NCBI GenBank assembly: GCA_043228905.1
Contig: JBHGNT010000018.1
Location: forward strand, 13,330,001-13,394,000
DNA length: 64,000 nt
Direction of reading: 5' to 3'
Source: Azolla caroliniana
Taxonomy: Eukaryota > Plantae > Polypodiophyta
The notes under the pieces are model-generated. The model ran no database searches and was not told the origin of the DNA. It saw only the letters and a program-made list of their open reading frames with translations. Of the stretch, positions 58,513-64,000 are shown piece by piece. Every line of letters starts with the position of its first letter. The stretch's first letter is position 1. A program made the translations under genes and the position numbers.

Positions 58513-58555
58513 TGGCACGCCCGTGGGAAAGTGCTTTGCACTTCGAAACCCACAC
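58513..58555 (-). promoter_or_regulatory. tRNA-3'-end-like module in place of the PPT of element I
   Basis: Sense GTGTGGGTTTCGAAGTGCAAAGCACTTTCCCACGGGCGTGCCA, 2 nt before the LTR. Confidence 0.8.
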
Positions 58556-58561
58556 CCGGCC

Positions 58562-59760
58562 TCAATCTTCTTCCAAAATATCGAGCAAAGTCTGCTCGAT
58601 GGTGTCAAGTGGTGCCTCTCCTTCGGTTCCCCGTTCCTTGCCGGCCTCTCCTCCGACTTCTGGTTGGATTGGTTGCTGCTCTGGCTCTTCCTGGTTCCGT
58701 TGGACCGGTGCTTCCTCTCTGCTTCGTCCGGGTTCATCTTGTTCTTCTATTCCGGGCTCTGTTCTATTACCGGTGTCGCTTTCGCTGGCCAGTTCGGTTC
58801 TACTTCTTCCTCTGCCCCGATGTTCCCTTGTTCTTGCGTCCCGGCCTCGGCCTACAACTGCTGCTCCTGATTTCTTTGGACCGGTAGCTCTTCTTCGGGT
58901 CCTTCCTGTTGGGGTTGTTCGATGTTGGTTGGTTCTGCCACAACCGGTCGCTCAATTCATCACTTATGGTGATCGGCATCGTTTTACCCTCGGCTTCCTG
59001 TTGTTGATGGTCTTGCTCGTATTTTTCCAACTGTAGCTGAGTTTCGAGCTGCCCGTCGTCCAGTCTTTCCACCAACTCTCGGATCTCCTTTAGATGTTCT
59101 TCTGCCAAAGCGAAGAAATCCTCCGACAATTCCTCCCGAATGGTGACTATGTTGTCTTCATCCATCTTATAAAATTTGTCACCCGTCTTCCTCCGGTTCT
59201 CAGCATCCGCCCGGAGTGTCTGCAGCTCTGCTGCCTGTTGTGACCACTCCTTCCATACCTTCTCAGTACTTTCATTGATGCTTGCCTGAGCCCGGTCACT
59301 CCATGCCGACATGATGAGCCGGATCCGGTCCGCCCCTACTTGAGCCCGTGCATTTGCTTCTTGCTTTTCCTTCCGCAACCGTGTTATAATTGCAGCAGTT
59401 GCCTGGGCAAGGCTTTCGCACTCCTCTGCTTTCCTTTCATAGGTACTCCGAAGTTTGTTGAGCGTGTACGTAGCCCGTTCCTTTTCTTCGTTCCGGTTCT
59501 TTGTTATCTCCAACTTTTCCTGCCGCAACGCTTCCAGCTCCTTCCGTTGCTCGAACGCTTGGGTCTTTTCTGCCGACAAGGCCTCTTTTTTGACATCTAA
59601 TTCCTCCATTGTCTTGGCCAGATCCAGTTGGGTCTCCTTCAGCTGCTCTTTAAGCTTTCCCATTTGCCGGTCGTACTCTGCTCCCCGTTTGTTGTTGTCC
59701 GACTCGACCTACTTGTGGTCCAGTACAGCCTGTCGAAATCCTACGTTTTCTACCTTTAGG
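58562..59760 (-). pseudogene. Element I extra ORF, C-terminal part
   Basis: ORF 58800-59663 contains WSQQAAELQTLRADAENRRKTGD; after a frameshift it ends LLDILEED*. Confidence 0.85.
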
Positions 59761-61078
59761 CGTCGCTGCTGGCCGGACTAGCCCCAACACAGGTATCTTT
59801 CCGACACTTCTCCAAAGGGGTGGTAAGGTTAGGATGTTAGAACACACGCATAAGATAATTATAATTAGCACAGACACTAAAATAATTACGCAATGGCTAA
59901 ACTTGTATTACTTCCGTAAAAATCATTACAATTGATCGGATCCTTTTATAGGCATCCGGCAAGGTTACAAAACGGTGCGCTTAGGCAACCGGCATCCGAA
60001 TCGGTCCGGATCCGGATCGGTACAACTGTACCGGATCCGTCCCTCCGAATAATAATCCTACTAATATTTACTTATTATTTCTCTATCCGATTCAGGCTTC
60101 CCACTTGTCCTTCCTCTTTTGACCGGCCAACAGTGGCCGTCTGTTTTGGCTGAGCTCCGTCACTTGGCCACTCTACAGCTGTCATCCGGTTGTCGTTCGG
60201 CTGCTGTCTGGCCGCTTCCAAAAATCTCCATCACCATCGTTGTTTGGCGTCATCAGGTCCGGCCGCCTCCATTCCGACGCCATTCAGCCTCTGGGACCGT
60301 TCTTAGGTCGCTTTCTGACAAGTGCTCTGTTGCCTCTTGTTCTGTCACCATCTCCGTATCACCGTCTTGGCCGTGGTTTGGCTGTGTCTTTTCGGCTCTT
60401 TTCGGTTGTGTCGCTTGAGTCTATTTTGCTTGCCTGTGTCAGTTTGCTCATAAAACACTAGAGATTCATCTCTTCGAAATTCCTAAGACGGGAACATAGA
60501 ATGATTGGGAGAATGCCATTCAAACAGAAATCCATAGTCTCTATAGTTTGGTAGTTCGTTCTGTCTTCTTCCTTAATCATGTTGCATCCTTCAGAATCTC
60601 TTTCATCGGTAAGATTCGAAATGGAGAAGACGCAAACCGAAACCCTAATGACACAACATCATAATCATCGTAATCATTGTATTTTACTCCTGTTTCTTTG
60701 ACTTTTTCCCCATCTCTTGCACACGGTCATTGCCATTGTTGCAGTCTCGCACAACGTCATCATTTCATCATCATCGCCATTACACGCACATTTCTACCAT
60801 TTCTCGCGTATTATTGTTGCATATCATTTCATAACTTCCTCTTGCACAACTTCATTGTGTTGCATTCCTCGATGACTTCCCATCAACATCACCATTTCCT
60901 TCACATCGTCATACCATCTCATTCCTCGACTTTGTCTCACATATTGTGACTGCCATTTGTTCCACATCGTCGATTAGATTCTTTGTACATCATTGTCACC
61001 ATTATCGCACATTTCGTTGTCACCATGTCTTTTCCGCATATTCGTCTTCGACTTCATCTTCAACGGGGGGTCGCCTTA

Positions 61079-61088
61079 GTGGTCGCCA
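61079..61088 (-). promoter_or_regulatory. PBS of element H (probably tRNA-Arg)
   Basis: TGGCGACCAC on -, 5 nt from the LTR, same as in F. Confidence 0.75.
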
Positions 61089-61093
61089 AAAGG

Positions 61094-61330
61094 TGTTATA
61101 CGTTTTAGGGTTATGGTTAATATATTATTATGATGATTATTGATGATGATGATTGACATGGCGTAATAGTGAAGATGGTGGATAGTATGATGGTGAGAGA
61201 GATTGACATGAAGATGTTGAGAATTATTGAGAAGCATTGCGGGGTAAGGATGATATTGATGCGCATTGCGGGGTGGGGGGTGGTGCCTAGAATGGCTCCA
61301 CCCCCCTCCCAAGGGGGTTCAACGTTGAGG

Positions 61331-61375
<45 letters not shown>

Positions 61376-61663
61376 AAAGAGAGATAGAGAGAAATGTTCA
61401 TTCATTCATTCATTCCCCATAAAGGGGTTAAATAGTACAAGAGGGGGTAGATACAAAGGGGTGTAAGCCCCCTAGAGCATTCTTATTGGACACTCACTCA
61501 CACCTCATCATATCCCTCCACATGCACACACGTGTGCATGTGTTCACATACATATCGACTCACAATTACATTTATGTTCCCTACACATATACAACATCAT
61601 CATGATAATATTCGACCCTCGCTCATCACACTTGACTCTCCGTACAGCTCATACGGGGTAACA
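61094..61663 (-). repeat. 5' LTR of element H
   Basis: TGTTA...TAACA; contains a (GA)n tract. Confidence 0.95.
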
Positions 61664-61668
61664 TCCCC

Positions 61669-62790
61669 GCGTTCTGCTTCTTGCCTACCTTGGCTAGAGG
61701 CCCCTCATCCTCGCTTTCCGTTGTTCGCGTTAGCGCGCGCTCCACCATCTCCTGCTCGGCGTGTTCTTCGGCCATTCGTTGTGACACCTTGATCTACTGA
61801 GTCGCCAAAAATTCCATGAGCTCATATGTGGTGCCATACTACAATAATGCACTGAAGTCATGTGTCGTGTCCAGAATGTCCGGATATTTCAAGACTTCAC
61901 TTTCCGCTGTAAGAACTCCTTTGCCCCGTTGAGATTGAGCCGTAATGATGGGTTGAGGTTCGCGGAATATCTCCAGTGTCGTAGTGGGCTCTGTGGGAGT
62001 GGACGTTTCGCTGGTGACGGCCGTATCTTTTACCAATCTGCGACCGTCCTTCCGGTCTAATCATCACCGTTTGGGTTTGGGACTATCACCGGCAGGCTCT
62101 TGTTTCGTTGTTGTCATGGAGGGTTGCGTCTCAACATCTTTGGCCGGTGGTTCCGTCTTTGTCATCCGCTGGGTGGTAGGAGAAGGTTGTGCATTCTCCT
62201 CCCATTCGGTGGTAGTTAACTCTGCTAGCCGTCATTTCACGGATCGTGGTGGAGGCGTCGGTTCGCTTGGTGTGGAGGAGGGAATAGTACAGTAAGGTAC
62301 TGTTGAATGATCGACCGGAGTTTCTTCCCAGCTTGATACGCGTATAGTCCTTTCCGAAGTGTTGGCCCCATGATTACACCCCAATGTATGGCACGTCCTT
62401 CGAAGGTTTCGATGATGATGCCTGCTTTTTGTTTAGGAATCCCCTATGCATTGACATGTATGCATCTGACCTCCAGTAGGAACTTGGCGACTTCCCGAAA
62501 AAATGGATTTGGAATGTCCTTCGTTTTGTATGCCTTAGCCGACGTTGAATATTCCCCAAAGTATTTCCCGAGCATTTCTGTAGGAGAAATGTCAAAGTGA
62601 TTTTCCCCAATTGTCCATAACCCGAGTTTCTTCCGAATGGTGGCTTTCGTCACTGTTTCCACATCAACTTCTTGACTATGTCAAGAGCCTCAAGGTGCGG
62701 TGGCGCTTCGGCGACCCTGATATAGCCCTCAAACCCCTTTTCCAAGAGCCATCTACGTAGAGCTGCAGAGATAGTGATCGGCATCGTGGG
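61669..62790 (-). pseudogene. Element G extra ORF, N-terminal part
   Basis: RWLLEKGFEGYIRVAEAPPH and YFGEYSTSAKAYKT match F WLKQHGLEGFLMMMEVPPH and YFGEYSLASKGYRT. Confidence 0.85.
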
Positions 62791-63896
62791 TGGATGGGGC
62801 TCGTGAAGGCTAGTCAAAGGTTTTAGTCTATGGTGAGCGCGAGCTCTGTGGTATGGTGGACAATGAGACCCCCCCACCCCAACAACAAATTGTCATGCAG
62901 CCATGATTGTGTTGATTTCAAATAAGATACTATCTCCGTCTGTGTATTAGGGAACATTTGACATTCATATTAATACTGAACTAAGATGTATGTATCCGTG
63001 AACATTTGACCTTCATATTAGTACTATAATGACATATGTTATATCCATGTAACTGAGAAACGTCAGGAGGCTACTATGTATTAGTGAACATTTGACATTC
63101 ACATTAGTACTAAACTAATATGTATATTGTAATAAGTTTGGGACATAGTCAGAGTTGAATAGAGACTTAACACAATAGGGATTAGACTACTGGAATTGCT
63201 ACTTGAATAAGTTTGGGCCATATTGATGCTACTAAGTATTGACACTTGAATAAAGACTTCACACCCTTAACCCTAGAAACAAGCAACTCTATAATTACCA
63301 TGAACACTTACAAAACAAGCTCAGTAATTACTCTAAACACTTTAGAAGAAAGACGAAATATATTGATTCACTTGTCAATCATCAAATAGTGAACTACAAG
63401 AGGATGTTTTTCAGTCGCCAACTACAATGTATTAATAGGGTACCTTTCAAGCATTAAACAGAGAAACCTCCCCCAATATGTGCTCCTGAACCTCTTGGTG
63501 GACCTTGTAGACAATGTTGTATCCCTTAACCTTGTGCTTTGCTTGAGTCATATTAAACTTGATAGCAATAATGGCAGCAACGTAGATTATTGCGGTGGGT
63601 GCAACTTTTAATAATGCATGTGTTTTTGCATTGCAGTGTCGCGAAGTTTTGCGCGTGTGTGTTACTTGGGTGGGACCATAAAGGTCTTGGACTAGGGAGT
63701 ACGAAGGGATAGAGAAGACCCGAGGTTTGCTTTATGACAATACTACTTCCCGACCCCTTCCCGAGAAAGGGCTTTTGTTGATCACGACTCGTCGAGTTTT
63801 CGAGATCACCACATGAGCCAAGTGATCAAACGGGTACTCTCAAGACTCGCGGTTAGGAGATAGAGCGAGAGCGAGAGCGATAACAAAAGAGACAGG

Positions 63897-63909
63897 GTGT
63901 GTGTGTGTG

Positions 63910-63951
<42 letters not shown>

Positions 63952-63966
63952 AGAGAGGGAGAGAGA
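63897..63966. repeat. (GT)n(GA)n microsatellite
   Basis: Direct observation. Confidence 0.95.
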
Positions 63967-64000
63967 TAAGACTTGAAATAGAAATGAGATTATATTATGA

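Larger units (their letters stand above)
58120..60132 (-). mobile_element. Element I: internally deleted relative of F
   Basis: LTRs 58120-58510 and about 59766-60132; TSD GTGGT/GTGGC; only the C-terminus of the extra ORF is left. Confidence 0.9.
56518..61663 (-). mobile_element. Element H: non-autonomous LTR element (about 3.1 kb without I)
   Basis: LTRs 56518-57069 and 61094-61663; perfect TSD TCCCC; PBS 61079-61088; tRNA-like module 57075-57116; no recognisable gag or pol. Confidence 0.93.
54628..62887. mobile_element. Element G: deleted element of the E/F group; LTR on +, extra ORF on -; carries H and I
   Basis: Left LTR 54628-55021; only about 18 bp of the right LTR end remains (CCCCCACCCCAACAACA, to 62887); perfect TSD AATTG. 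Confidence 0.9.

Noticed and set aside
63350-63900. Possible minus-strand gene start at the window end
   Set aside because: Only short frames with stops and no recognisable domain; not supportable.

Overview
Eukaryotic, almost certainly land-plant, heterochromatic DNA. The Tcn1/Tf1-type chromoviruses and Athila/Tat-like non-chromoviruses point to a non-seed plant (inference). About 80% of the window is a deep nest of LTR retrotransposons, labelled A-M here. Three are chromovirus-type Ty3/gypsy elements (A, B, D), one is a Met-primed gypsy-like element (C), four are Ty1/copia elements (J, K, L, M), five are related non-chromovirus gypsy elements (E, F, G, H, I), and there are two solo LTRs. 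A decayed, intron-containing RING-finger gene lies at about 49.8-54.2 kb. No intact host gene, tRNA gene or CRISPR array is present. The main finding is in the E/F/G/H/I group. E, F, H and I have no polypurine tract: the position directly upstream of the 3' LTR holds a structured copy of a tRNA 3' end (..GTCCCACGGGCGTGCCA). On the opposite strand this reads as a second primer-binding site, and F and H also keep a normal PBS at the 5' LTR. G carries the same module, but its LTR is inverted relative to the internal region, so the module sits in the canonical PBS position. This suggests a strand-symmetric, dual-tRNA-primed retrotransposon lineage. tRNA isotype assignments are from memory and need a database check. 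Coordinates were counted by hand, and internal or degraded boundaries are approximate.
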